From Octopus sinensis (lineage: Eukaryota): a stretch of 64,000 nucleotides of DNA. Location: contig NC_043009.1 of the NCBI RefSeq assembly GCF_006345805.1, positions 49,352,001 to 49,416,000 of the forward strand, written 5' to 3'. Below are positions 11,006 through 23,504 of this stretch, one piece after another (the stretch's first letter is position 1; every line of letters begins with the position of its first letter). The notes beneath the pieces were generated by a model. The model did not search any database. It had not been told where the DNA came from and saw only the letters and a program-made list of their open reading frames with translations. The position numbers and the translations under genes were made by a program.

Positions 11006-11900
11006 TGCTATGACCTAGTTTCGTGGTTTGGTGCCAGCTGGACTAGGGAGACAGGTTATTTTGTCTTTGTTCTGTCATTTTTGTAGGGAAATTAATGAGT
11101 TTGGAAGAGACATCTGACCCTATCCGGTCAAGCAAAGTTTAAGGAAAAAAATTAAAATGCCACCCTTTAAAATGCGGGGAGCTGGGGGTTTGTTAGTCAG
11201 TTGGCGTGAGGGTCGATGCAGAGATGACAGTTGGCAGGAGGCGAGAAGAACAGGCAGAGAGTATTGAGGACATGTAAATCGAAAGGGAGATAACGGCGAG
11301 AAGGCTGGATTGATGTGGTAGGAGTTTGTAACTAGAAAATGTGCGGTAATGTTTGTTTGTTTTTTGTTGTTGACTTTTGATATGAAATGTAAAAGAAACG
11401 AGATTATGACGTAAACTGTAATCTGTTGTTAAAAGAAGAAAAAGAATTGTGTCAAAAACAGAGAACTGTGAATTGTGGAAAAGAGGAGGAAGAGAAAGAA
11501 AGAAGAAAAGAGAAAGACTTTAATTTAAACTATTTTTCGAACTCTGTATTACGTTGAACATTAATGTTTTGATTGTCTTCGGACTGTGTTGATTGTGCAT
11601 GCCTTTGATTGTTTTCTTTTTAATTCTGTATTTTCTTTAATATATCTGATATGTATTACGTTTTATTTGATGTTGTAACAAGTGTATAAACTGATGTTAA
11701 ACGTAAGCAACTGCCTTCCACCGTGTCTCTCTCTCTCTCTTCCTGTTGTTGTTGTTATCTCTGGTTACCGGTTTGAGTTCGCTGCCATCTCCACCACCGT
11801 TTTCGGTGTGGCGGATTCCCGTTTGACTGAGCCTGGTCATCGTCGTCGCTCGACTTAGTAGGGTCCCGGGTTCGAGTTGAGCGACGGCAGGTTCGTAACA
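11006..11900. mobile_element. Candidate solo LTR
   Basis: TG...CA termini with an imperfect inverted repeat (TGCTATGACC / GGTTCGTAACA), ~895 bp, CpG-richer than flanks. TSD poor (AAAAG/ATATG). Confidence 0.4.
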
Positions 11901-12190
11901 ATATGTATGTATGTACTATGTATGTATGTATGTATGTATGTATGCATGCATGCATGCATCTATGTATATATATATATGTGTGTGTATGTATGTATGCATG
12001 CACACACACACATGCTTATTTGCATTGATGGAGAACAGCTTTTTATTTTTTTTCGACATTTTGTCCTGAAAGCACAATTGTGATCTACTTATAACATTTT
12101 AAATGATTTATTTGTTTGTTGGTTATAATTTGTGTTTTGCTTTTTTACAGATATTTGTATTCTTCCTCAGATCATTCATCATCATCACCA

Positions 12191-12460
12191 TCATAGCTTG
12201 CACTGGGTACACCTTATGGAATTTCTTTTAACACCTTCTCTACATATTGTGCAGGGCCATTTCCCTGAAGGGATCTGTGATTTGTCTGTTTTATTACTTA
12301 ACAATACTTTGGTCTTTGATTCCATTCCATGCTTCCATACCTGAAAAATCTTCTCTAGTGATTCAGCAATAAGAACAAGGTCATGAGTATAGAGGAGCTC
12401 CCAAGGGCAGCCAGTCTTAAATTCCTCAGTTATAGCTTGGAGGACCATGATAAATAAACA
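12191..12460 (-). pseudogene. RTE-clade LINE reverse transcriptase fragment
   Basis: VLQAITEEFKTGCPWELLYTHDLVLIAES has a decayed YADD motif, followed by WPCTICREGVKRNSIRCTQC as seen in RTE-BovB-like ORFs. Confidence 0.85.
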
Positions 12461-12877
12461 TCATCATCATCATCATTGTTTAACGTCCGCCTTCCATGCT
12501 GGCATAATTTTTACATCCATAACCATCAACATTTCAAGACTTTCACACTTTCTTACCATGAATATGTGAAGTGTTATTAATGTAGCTAACATCCTCTTAT
12601 GTGGTGGGTAAATGTATGTCTTGGAGGTTTTATCACCAAATTTGTTTAAACATTAATCTTGGGTTTTGAAATTTGATCTATATCTCAACAATTTGTAAAT
12701 ACTTATGCATACACACACACACAAACATATACACATACACACACATATATATATATACATATAAACACACACATACATATATACACACTCATATATACAT
12801 ATGCACACACTCACACACACATATATATATGCATATGCACACACACTTATACACACACAATATATTCATATATATTG

Positions 12878-13058
12878 CCGGTGACATGTAAAAGGCACCC
12901 ACTATACTCATGGAGTGGTTGGCGCTAGGAAGGGCATCAAGCTGTAGAAACACTGCCAGATCAGTCTCGAGCCTAGTGTAGCCTCCTGGCTTCTCAGACT
13001 CCGGGCCAACCATCCAACCCATGCTAGCATGGAAAACAGACCACGATTATGATGATGA
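12878..13058 (+). mobile_element. 5'-truncated RTE-LINE 3' end
   Basis: Matches the shared RTE tail; (GAT)n end; sits in a (TA/CA)n tract. Confidence 0.8.
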
Positions 13059-13504
13059 CACACATACACATATATGCGTATTCATATACATATGAGATGA
13101 GGGCAAATATCCGTCAAATGTAAATAATGTAAATAATGTGCATAATTCCTCATCTCTTAAATATAGAACTACTTTTTTTAAATGTTGCAGCATATCAATA
13201 CAAAACTGTAACTAGCATTGATATTTTATCAACTTGTATTTCTACTGAGACATGGATTAAGAGTTGGAAATCTAAATCCACCATTTTGAATACAAGTAAT
13301 TATCTTTCATTCTGTCTTTAATGTAAATCGGATTGCTGGTTCCTTTTTTGCAAAAAAAAAAAGAAAAGAAAGAGAATTCTAAATAAAAATTAAGCAATTT
13401 TTAAATGATAAAAATTAGTTGTGCTCATTTAACGAACACTTTTAATTATTTTTCAAATTTTCTCCATAGTGTTGCTTTGGATGACAATTGTTCATAGATT
13501 CAAG

Positions 13505-13720
13505 GCAGAGAGAACTAACAAAATCATTAGCACACTGAGTAAGATGCTTAGCAGCATTTCCACCATCTTTATGTTCTTGGTTCAAATTCCACCGAGGTTG
13601 ACTTTGCACTTCATCCTTTCAGGGTTGATAAAATAAGGACCCATTGAACACTGTGTTTGATCTAATCAACTTATCCACTCCCTTGAAATTGCTGGCCTAG
13701 TGCTAAAATGTGGAACCAAT
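13505..13720 (+). mobile_element. Degenerate SINE family B (B2 tail)
   Basis: GGTTCAAATTCCACCGAGGTTGACTTTGCACTTCATCCTTTCAGGG core. Confidence 0.7.
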
Positions 13721-13817
13721 ATTTCATAGATTCAAAGTGATGACCTGGCAGAAATGTTACCATGCAGGACAAAAATGCTTAGCAGCATTTCTTCTGACTT
13801 TATATTCTACGGGCATA

Positions 13818-13881
13818 TGGCATACAGGTTAAGAGCACAGGCTACTAACACCAAGATTCTGAGTTCGATTCCAAGCAGTGA

Positions 13882-13915
<34 letters not shown>

Positions 13916-14383
13916 TGGTATAAAAAATGGGCTACAGCAAATATTCTGCTCAATACCACAAATTTCCTTGTCAGTTGTTTGACCTTTACCAGTTGAGCAT
14001 GTCCCTTAGTGGCTGATGATATGTGCATCTCTGACCATGAGCAGAAGTAGTGGGGGAGCATCATAGCCATGTGTTGAAAGGAATTCTTAGAGGTTTGGAT
14101 AATTCACCTATGGAAACATGGGTGGTTTGTTCAACATCCTTAAACAATCCTTATTTAAGGACCTTTTGAGTGGGATGGGCTACTCGACCGGAAGAAAATT
14201 CTAACTGGACCCCACCTGCAAGGTCATGCACTGTTTCTCTTGATATGAGATCACCATGTTGCATACATGTGGTTATGATGGTGTACCCTTATCAAACAGG
14301 TAGTCATGATGGGTATACTGGGCTTCATATATTTTACCCGAGTGTCACTTTGATGGCATGCACTACTCTCTCACTCAATAGTG

Positions 14384-14416
<33 letters not shown>

Positions 14417-14550
14417 TTGAAAAATACCTTAGGAATGAGAAGCCCGGTTTGAAATTTCCCCAAGACACCTGATGAAATGTTGCGTTAACAACAAACATTA
14501 TATTAACAAACAAACAAGGACAAATATCCATCAAATGTAAATAATGTTTA
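13818..14550 (+). mobile_element. SINE family E (tRNA head, (AAT)n, hammerhead-like tail) with ~470-bp insertion in its (AAT)n
   Basis: Head TGGCATACAGGTTAAGAGC..CTACTAA..GAGTTCGATTCC at 13818-13885; tail ATTGAAAAATACCTTAGG...ACACCTGATGAAATGTTGCGT...AAATGTAAATAATG at 14416-14550. Confidence 0.7.
13916..14385. mobile_element. Unclassified ~470-bp insertion flanked by (AAT)n on both sides
   Basis: Splits SINE E at its internal (AAT)n tract; no recognisable ORF or TIR. Confidence 0.45.
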
Positions 14551-14740
14551 TATTTTAAGTTCAAATGCCTCAGGGGTCGACCTTTACTTTCATCCTTTTG
14601 GAGATAATAAATAAAGTACCAGTTGAGCACTGGAGATGACGTAACCAATTTATCCACCACTCTTGAAAATACTGGCCTTGAAATCAGTTTTTCATAATTC
14701 TTGGATCTAAGAAAAGAAACTGAAATATTTAAAAATTAAA

Positions 14741-15067
14741 TTTTGTTTGTGGATTTGGTTTGCAAGATTCTTTATGTGAGTTTGTGTGTTGAAGCATATT
14801 CTGTTGTGTCTGGGGAGAATCATTTTCTTTTTGTGCCTTATGATTTAAGACACTCACGAGTAAAATTTCCACTTATTTCTTGTTTTTATTTTCCCTAAAA
14901 TTTTCGTTGCGTCTTGCAAATTTTTCAATAGTCTTGACTCTTGAAAAGGTTGCAAGACGCAACGAAAATTTTAGGAAAATAAAAATAAGAAATAAGTGGA
15001 AATTTTACCGGTGAGTGTGTTAAATTATAAGGCACAAAAAAAAAATGACTCTCCCCAGACACAACAA
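14741..15067. mobile_element. Palindromic (fold-back) non-autonomous element centred on AGTCTTGACT
   Basis: 14802-14929 is the reverse complement of 14940-15066. Second copy at 32015-32445. Confidence 0.8.
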
Positions 15068-16320
15068 ATTAAAAATTAAAATCAGATGGAAAAATCAAAC
15101 AAAAAGAAAAATGAAAAGACACAAACATAACCATGGGGGCTAAGAAGTTCATTTTTCAATCATGGTGTTCTTGGCACAATCCTACTGCATGGAGCACAGA
15201 GCAGGTGTCAAAAACAGTCATTGATAAATTGGCTTCAGTTTAGCATTAAAAGCCATTAGAATAATGTTTGCGATTGGTTGTGATGAGGTGGCACAGATAT
15301 AACAAGGATGATCCAACATCTCTGTTAACACTGACATAATTACATGAGGACACTTAAATTTCCTGCAAGCATTATTAATAACTTTTTCACTATCAATCCT
15401 TCATGACACACATTTGTTTATTTATTAGTTATCCTGAAAGCAAAAACACTCTCCTTACACTCAACTATAAAAATTTGAAGATGTGAATGTTTTAAAATAA
15501 ATCTAACACCATGTGCTAACACCCTTAAGATCTTCTCCCTCTGTGAAGAGCAAGTTAATACATAACTTACTTTCACAGTGGAGAATATAGTATCCCAGCA
15601 TTAAAAAAATGGTAAAAATCATAAATGCAGGCATACCACAACCTATGTTGTTTTTGAGCTACGTTTTTTTTTTTTTTTTTACTTTATATTGTTTTTATTT
15701 TTTAAGGAATTAACGAGAAAAATAAACATCGGCTGAAGCTGATGCATTTGACTATATGTTGGTCTCACCGAACATATTTGAAAAATTTAAAATTTAAAAT
15801 GTCACCTAAAAAGCTAGTACTGAAGTGAAAGCAAAATATATATGAAAAAGTACAAATTTGTTACTAAAACACATAAAAACTAATCAACATCATCATCATC
15901 ATCATCATTGTCGTCATTATCCTCACCGTCATCTTCATCATCTTCATCATCATAATTTAACACCCATTTCCATACTGGCATGGATTAGATGGTTTGTCAG
16001 GAGCTGGCAAGGCCAGGAGCCACACCCTGTTCCGCAGTCTGTTTTGGCCTAGTTTGAACAACTGGATACCCTTCCTGATGCCAATCACTTTACAGGGTAT
16101 ATTGGGTGTTTTTATGTGGATTCCCACAAGTGGTTTTTACATGGTCCCATCACTATTACTATTACTTATTACATTCCACTGCCACTCTTAGCAGCCCAAC
16201 AAACACACTCTGGCAGCAAACGACATGCATCTACCAACTGCTACAAAATTCAAACCAAGAAGGATGGATGGGATGGCCTTGAAGTTGATTTTAAACTAAC
16301 AGAGACAACACTTGAATATC

Positions 16321-16542
16321 TGTTTCGTTATTGCCCACAAGGGGCTAAACACAGAGGGGACAAACAAGGACAGACAAACGGATTAAGTCGATTACATCGA
16401 CCCCAGTGCGTAACTGGTACTTAATTTATCGACCCCGAAAGGATGAAAGGTAAAGTCGACCTCGGCGGAATTTGAACTCAGAACACAACGACAGACGCAA
16501 TACCGCTAAGCATTTCGCCCGGTGTGCTAACGTTTCTGCCAG
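16321..16542 (-). mobile_element. SINE family B, B1 tail
   Basis: Near full-length copy; TSD CTTGAATATC at 16311-16320 and 16543-16552. Confidence 0.9.
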
Positions 16543-16721
16543 CTTGAATATCACCTGAGGAAACACAACTAGATCACATTATGCAAACATAGAGTTGCAT
16601 AATCAAATACCTGTATTTTTGAAGAACCACGTGGTGTGGAAACAATTATAGTGATTAAAAAACAACTGTGCAACCATACTCCTTCATGTTGACTCCAATT
16701 TCTTCAATTTTATATATATAT

Positions 16722-16890
16722 ATGGCGTTAGGAAGGGTTGTGGCGTTAGGAAGGGCATCCAGCTGTAGAAACATTGCCAGATAAGACTGGAGCCTGGTGC
16801 AGCCTTCTGGCTTCCCAGATCCCCGGTCGAACCATCCAACCCATGCTAGCATGGAGAATGGACGTTAAACGATGATGATGATGATAATGA
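16722..16890 (+). mobile_element. 5'-truncated RTE-LINE 3' end inserted in (TA)n
   Basis: Shared RTE tail with (GAT)n end; short duplication TGGCGTTAGGAAGGG at the 5' junction. Confidence 0.85.
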
Positions 16891-16894
16891 TATA

Positions 16895-16938
<44 letters not shown>

Positions 16939-17060
16939 GCTTCTTTCAGTTTCCATCTACCAAGTCCACTCACAAGGCTTTGCATACACACAAACACACA
17001 CACATATATGCATGCATGTGTTTATCTTATATCTTATATATATATATATGTTTGTATGTA

Positions 17061-17400
17061 TACTCTTTTACTTGTTTCAGTCATTTGACTGCGGCCATGC
17101 TGGAGCACCGCCTTAAATCGAGCAACTCAACCCCGGGACTTATTCTTTTGTAAGCCCAGTACTTATTCTATCGGTCTCTTTTGCCGAACCGCTAAGAAAC
17201 GGGGACATAAACACACCAGCATCGGTTGTGAAGCAATGCTAGGGAGACAATCACAGACACACAAACACACACACACATATATATATATATACATATATAC
17301 GACGGGCTTCTTTCAGTTTCCGTCTACCAAATCCACTCACAAGGCTTTGGTCGGCCCGAGGCTATAGCAGATGACACTTGCCCAAGGTGCCACGGAACCC
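17061..17400 (-). mobile_element. SINE family A (young-looking, 5' head truncated)
   Basis: Reverse complement of family A with CpGs retained. Confidence 0.9.
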
Positions 17401-18911
17401 ACTCCTGTATACACATACAATAAAATTATAAGAATGGATGATAGCAGTTCATGCTGTGCAACATATATTTCAGTAGCAAAGCAGTTTATTGATTATCCAT
17501 GCATTCATTACATCATAGGAAAATGCCTGTCATTTCTTCAGGCAATTAAACTGCTGAAGTAAAACAAATTGATTGCACTTACATTCAAACGAGGAAAATC
17601 AGAGGAGAAAAACAAATACATACATACACACACATATATATATATATGCTGGGTGGGATGAGGACAGGGTACCAAAAGACCCTCAGACACATGTATGGTA
17701 CTGTCTTTTTTTTTTAAAGATAAAGAAAAAAGAGCAGTAAATGGCACAATACTTTTGTTTTCAATGACTTTAATATGACATATTTCCTAAGTTCATATTT
17801 TACATCATTTTTACTCAAATACAATACTTTAAGTCATTAGTTCCTCACATGGTTTTTATCTTTTATTTTTTTTTTTTAAGTGGATTTGGTGGGGAAAGTA
17901 GATTTTTCCGGACTCAAACAATTCAGTGTTATTCAAGAATCAGTCAAGTTTTTTTTTGTTGCTGTTGTTGTTGTTGAAAATTGTGATTGTTATTTGTTAC
18001 ATTTGGGTGTAATTCACTTTTCAATGGTTTGTTGTTGTTGGTTTCTTTTTTTTGTTTTTGTTGGATGACAATTATTTGTCCATGTTACAGTTAGTTGGCA
18101 AGAATAATGATTTTGGGGGGGGAGGAAAAACAATTTAGACAGTTCAAGAACATTCATTTTAATAAAAGACTTTATTTTTTTTTATATATTTTTTTATTAA
18201 AAAATTTCTTTTTTCATATATATATATATATATTTTTTTTTTTTGTGGATTTGTTACTATGACCAGTAATGGTGGCCACCACTAATAAGCTACAAATAAA
18301 ACAGCATCAGTTCAGTTAACAATATTTTCAGCAAGTATTTCCGCACCTAAAAGTCACTCACATCCATGCATTCACAGAACAAATGCACACAAAATATTTC
18401 ATATACAAAACAACAACAACTACAATAACAAAGACAAATAGAAGCTCATACACAAACAGAAGCATCTATAGTGCAATTCTGATTTGGAGATATTGATCAG
18501 GGCAGGAAATTGATAATGGAATTATATAAATTAAATATCTTAACAATAATAATAATTACTGTAAGGAGGAGGGCATTCACTTTTGGTTTTCAGAATATTC
18601 TGGAAGTTGTACCATCCCTAAAATTGACCCTACTGAGGTGGCTGTCCCTTTATTAAATAAACTTTGTATTTCATAATGTATTATTGTTATTATTATATAT
18701 ATATATATATTTATATTTATATGTTGTTGGTATTTTTCAATGTTTGTTTTATTCATATTCGATGTAAACACCAATGTGTTTTGAAAAATTCTCCCTTTCC
18801 CTTTGCATTGTCTCCCAACATCACCCTTGTTGCACTAAGGGCCATTATTATTATTATTAGTAGTAGTAGTAGTATTGTTTGTTGTTGTGGTTATTGTCAT
18901 CATCATCATCA

Positions 18912-18998
<87 letters not shown>

Positions 18999-18999
18999 A

Positions 19000-19213
19000 G
19001 GCAGTGAGCTGGCAGAATTGTGAGCATGCTGGGGGAAATGCTTAGCAATACTTCATCCGTTGCTACGTTCTGAGTTCAAATTCTTCCAAGGTCGACTTTG
19101 CTTTTCATCCTTTTGGGATCGATAAATTTTAAGTACCAGTTAAACACCAGGGGGCAATGTAATCGACTAGACCCCCTCCCACCAAATTTCACGCCTTGTG
19201 CCTTCAGTAGAAA
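19000..19213 (+). mobile_element. SINE family B, B2 tail, in (ATT)n/(AGT)n
   Basis: AAGGCAGTGAGCTGGCAGAATTG head, GAGTTCAAATTC B-box, tail ...CCTTGTGCCTTCAGTAGAAA. Confidence 0.85.
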
Positions 19214-19258
19214 AGATTATCATTATTATGATTTCACATACACACAACAGATCAGACC

Positions 19259-19995
19259 CAGCGTTTCTCAACCAGGGTTCCCCAGAATCCTAGGATTCTG
19301 CAAAATGGTTCCTAGGGGTTCCACAAAAAAGAATGAGATAAGCTAATTCTAATTTCATGATTGTAATATTATTATATATGCACAACATATTATTTGTTAT
19401 TGTAATATTGTAACAGACATCATCCTACTATGTTATCAAAAAATATAACAACCAAATATACATACACACACTCACACAAACATATATATATACTCTTTTA
19501 CTCTTTTACTTGTTTCAGTCATTTGACTGCGGCCATGCTGGAGCACCGCCTTTAGTCGAGCAAATCGACCCCGGGACTTATTCTTTGTAAGCCCAGTACT
19601 TATTCTATCGGTCTCTTTTGCCGAACCGCTAAGTGATGGGGACGTAAACACACCAGCATCAGTTGTCAAGTAATGCTAGGGTGACAAACACAGACACACA
19701 AACATATACACACACATTTATATATATATACATATATACGACAGGCTTCTTTCAGTTTCCGTCTACCAAATCCACTCACAAGGCATTGGTCGGCCCAGGG
19801 CTATAGCAGAAGACACTTGCCCAAGATGCCACGCAGTGGTACTGAACCCGGAACCATGGTTGATATTTACCACATGAACTATGATGAAAAAAATATGAGA
19901 AAGATATGGTATATGATTTTTTTTGTGCAGGGGTTTCTTGAGACATGTAATTTATTTGAAGGGTCACGCAAGGGTAAAGAGGTTGAGAAACACTG
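19259..19995. mobile_element. hAT/Charlie-type MITE interrupted by SINE A
   Basis: TIRs CAGCGTTTCTCAACC / GGTTGAGAAACACTG; approximate 8-bp TSD GATCAGAC / GATTAGAC (left copy offset by 1 bp). Confidence 0.75.
19491..19862 (-). mobile_element. SINE family A
   Basis: Near full-length reverse-complement copy. Confidence 0.9.
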
Positions 19996-20196
19996 GATTA
20001 GACTTTTGGAAAAGAAAAATTCCTAACATCGGGCTACAAGTAACCTTAGATGCCAAGAACCCTCCTAAGTATTCTACCTGTCTCTAATAAGTGTTTTCTG
20101 GAGCTATTCTAAACGAGGGTTTATGCCTGTTTCTTCTATCCATCTGTTCAAATCTTTAGGGATATCATTATCATTATAATTATAATTACTATTGTA

Positions 20197-20236
<40 letters not shown>

Positions 20237-20276
20237 TATTATTATTATTATTATTATTATTATCATTATTATTAGG

Positions 20277-20490
20277 GTAGTGTGGTGCCAGAATCATTAG
20301 TTCACTGGACAAAAAACTTTGTGGTATATTTCTTCTGTCTTTATGCTCAGAGTTCAAATACCACTGGGATTAATTTTGCCTTTCATCTTTTGGGATCACT
20401 GAAATAAGTGCCCATTTGAGCCCCTACATCAGTGCATTTGACTAGCTGCTACCCTAAAATTTCAGCCATTGTGCCGATAGTAGAAAGAAT
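20277..20490 (+). mobile_element. Degenerate SINE family B (B2) within long (ATT)n tracts
   Basis: GAGTTCAAATACC B-box, TTTGCCTTTCATC core; (ATT)n at ~20160-20275 and ~20490-20650. Confidence 0.75.
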
Positions 20491-20566
20491 TATTATTATT
20501 ATCATTATTGTTGTGGTTGTTATCATCATCCTCATCATAATTATTATCATAATAATAATAATAATA

Positions 20567-20619
<53 letters not shown>

Positions 20620-21044
20620 TACTATTATTATTATTATTATTATTATTTTTATCATTTTCATTAGCATCTTTCAATTTTGTTTCCATTTCTTGCCAAGTGT
20701 CTTCCTAACACCTAGGGCAGACAGACATACTGTATACATTGGTAGACCATTAAAACAAACACACCAATTGTTCATTAAACCCTCCTGGGGGTTAAATGGC
20801 AGTATTGCTGTCTCTTAGTGGACAGCTACATTAGAGTGGTGTGGAGCAATGCCTCTACATTGGAAAATATTCTAGATATAGTAAAACAAAAAAAAAAAAG
20901 ATGACTGGAGAGTCACAAGTGGAATGTCTTGAAGCATAGGTCTGTTCTGTCAGGGCTGAGCATGAGCTAAACAACAGTAGCAGCAAAATGTTTTAATGAT
21001 ATAAGTACAATTGTTGAGATGTAAGCTTAGCCACTGTGGCAACA

Positions 21045-21063
21045 CAGTAGTAGTAGTAGTAGT

Positions 21064-21097
<34 letters not shown>

Positions 21098-21271
21098 TAG
21101 TAGTAGTAGTAGAAGTAGTACTAGTACTAGTTGTAGTAGTAGTAGCAGTTGTAGAAGTAGTTAGTAGTAGTAGTAGCATCTTTTGTGTTCTCTTTGGTGG
21201 TGGTGGTGATGGTAGTGGTGGTGGTAGTAGTAGTAGATTTTGTGTTCCCTCTAGTGGTGATGGTGGTGGTG

Positions 21272-21303
<32 letters not shown>

Positions 21304-21304
21304 T

Positions 21305-21338
<34 letters not shown>

Positions 21339-21340
21339 AA
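21045..21340. repeat. Compound (TAG)n/(TGG)n repeat
   Basis: Direct inspection; includes a duplicated TTTTGTGTTC..TRGTGGTG unit. Confidence 0.9.
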
Positions 21341-22224
21341 TGAAATGCTGGTATTGATAAGAGTATCAGACAGAAGCTATTAGATCAGATCATGCAATGA
21401 AGTCCTGGGTTCAAATCCCAGTATGAAATCCTGTTGTTCCTTGAAGCACACGGACATCAAATTCCATTTCAGGAAACTGATCTCCGGTCCATAATACTCT
21501 CAGTGGAAGGAGCAAGAAAGACTGAAACCAAAAACCAATTGAGGAAAGTTAATTTCAGTAGACTAGCATCCCATCCCTGTGCCAATCATAATCATCTGAA
21601 GACGACAGAATGAAGAGTCAAGTAAAGAAGAAACTACATTATAAACATTACAATAATTTAGTTCGTTACGGTTCATAATAGGATTAACTTGAATTCCGCT
21701 TCTCCCAAACCCATGCTCACCGCTGCCCACAAGTTCTTTGAAGACAAAATAATGTTTTTATTATTATTAGTATTATTTATTCTTAATTTTTTTTTTCTTT
21801 TTTGGGTTTTTCTCTAAACATAAGAGGTTAGCCATTTAAATATTATTTCGTCTTATTTTATTTTGTTTTATTTTTATTATATTTTTATAATATTTTATTT
21901 TACTATATTTTGGTATAAGTTTTACTCTCGGAATGATATGTCAAATGTCAAATGAACATGAAGATCAAATGTGTTTATTGAAAAGAGTAGATAGTTAGCA
22001 GTCTGGAAAGTCTTCCACTTTTCAATACTGCTTCACTTTATTAAAGCTCTACTCTGTTGCCACCACTTATTCAAATGAAATGTTACTGTAATCTCCAGGC
22101 AAAAAGAGAGGAAAATAGGTTATATAGTAGAATAGTTTACTAATGAGATGGAATATATCTGATACTGCTTCCATACTCCATGTCTTTCTGCAGACAATGT
22201 CAGTAGGTCACGTAAGAAAAGGAA

Positions 22225-22348
22225 CCTAGACAGACACACACACGCACATACACACACATACATACATACACACATATAACTTGATAACTAGACCCACAAA
22301 TGTGTCTGCATATATAGATGTGTGTGCGTGTGTGAGTGTGTGCATGAA

Positions 22349-22382
<34 letters not shown>

Positions 22383-22705
22383 CATGCATATGTATATATG
22401 TATATATACATGCATATATATATCAATATATGTATATAAACATATCAATATATAAGTGTATATATATGTGTGTGTGTGTGTGTACATATATATATGTATA
22501 TATTTGTATGTGTATATATATATATATATGTATGTGTATATGTATGTATATATATATATACACTTACATATATATATATATATGTAGCTATACATATGTA
22601 TGTATATTTATATATATAGATATATATATGCATGCATATATATATATATATCTATGTGTATATATATATATATACATATATATATATACATATACATATA
22701 TACAC

Positions 22706-22737
<32 letters not shown>

Positions 22738-22790
22738 TATATATATTTGTGCTTGTGTATGTATGTATACATATCATGCAGAGAGATAGA
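22225..22790. repeat. Compound (TA/CA/TG)n microsatellite field
   Basis: Direct inspection. Confidence 0.95.
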
Positions 22791-23504
22791 TAGGTTGATA
22801 AAATAGAAAACGTTTCTTTCTTTTTTTTTGTCAAATCCTACATAAAAGAGGAACATCTTAGTCGTAACAAGAAATTAAAGAAAAAAAAAGCATATCATCA
22901 ACAGAATCACGTATATTGTTCTTAGTGTTGTTGTTTTTGTTGTTGTCTGTAAGCTGTATTTGGCACACACACACCCACTCACACATACACACATATACAT
23001 TATGTGTATATGTGTATGTATATTGTTATAGATTGTAATTCAATGCATGCAAGATGTAATGAGATATATTGGATGTAGTGAATAAAGGTGGTTTGGAAGT
23101 TTGAATAAGAACAACATCACACACATTGTCATACTGAACATTCATATATAGAGAGAGATATATTTATACACACACACACGCATATATATATATATATATA
23201 TATATACATATGTACATATATATGTATATGTATATATATGTTTATTTCATTTGCATCTACCATATTCACTTACAAGGCTTTGTTAAGTCAGCCCACCACA
23301 TTAGTAAAAGACACTTGCCTAATGTGCCATACAGTGGGACTGAACCTGAGACCACATGGTTTGAAACTAAACTTCTTAATCCTATAAGCTCACCTGCCTC
23401 TATCAGAAAAGACAAATGATACATTGGTGAATGTAATTACAAATATACAAGTACTATAGGTGAGTCATGGTTGGAATGTTTTAATCATAGGCTTTCTTAG
23501 TCAT

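Noticed and set aside
13818-13890. tRNA gene (and similar heads at 2985-3050, 23780-23845, 24350-24416)
   Set aside because: No acceptor stem closure, and each is attached to a repeat body. These are SINE heads.
18593-18673. Plus-strand exon after TTTTGGTTTTCAG (EYSGSCTIPKIDPTE...)
   Set aside because: Short, no recognisable homology, weak donor, no supporting neighbouring exons.
22200-22856. IY/CV/HT-rich ORFs here and at 10, 33, 44, 47, 52 and 60-62 kb
   Set aside because: Translations of dinucleotide microsatellites.
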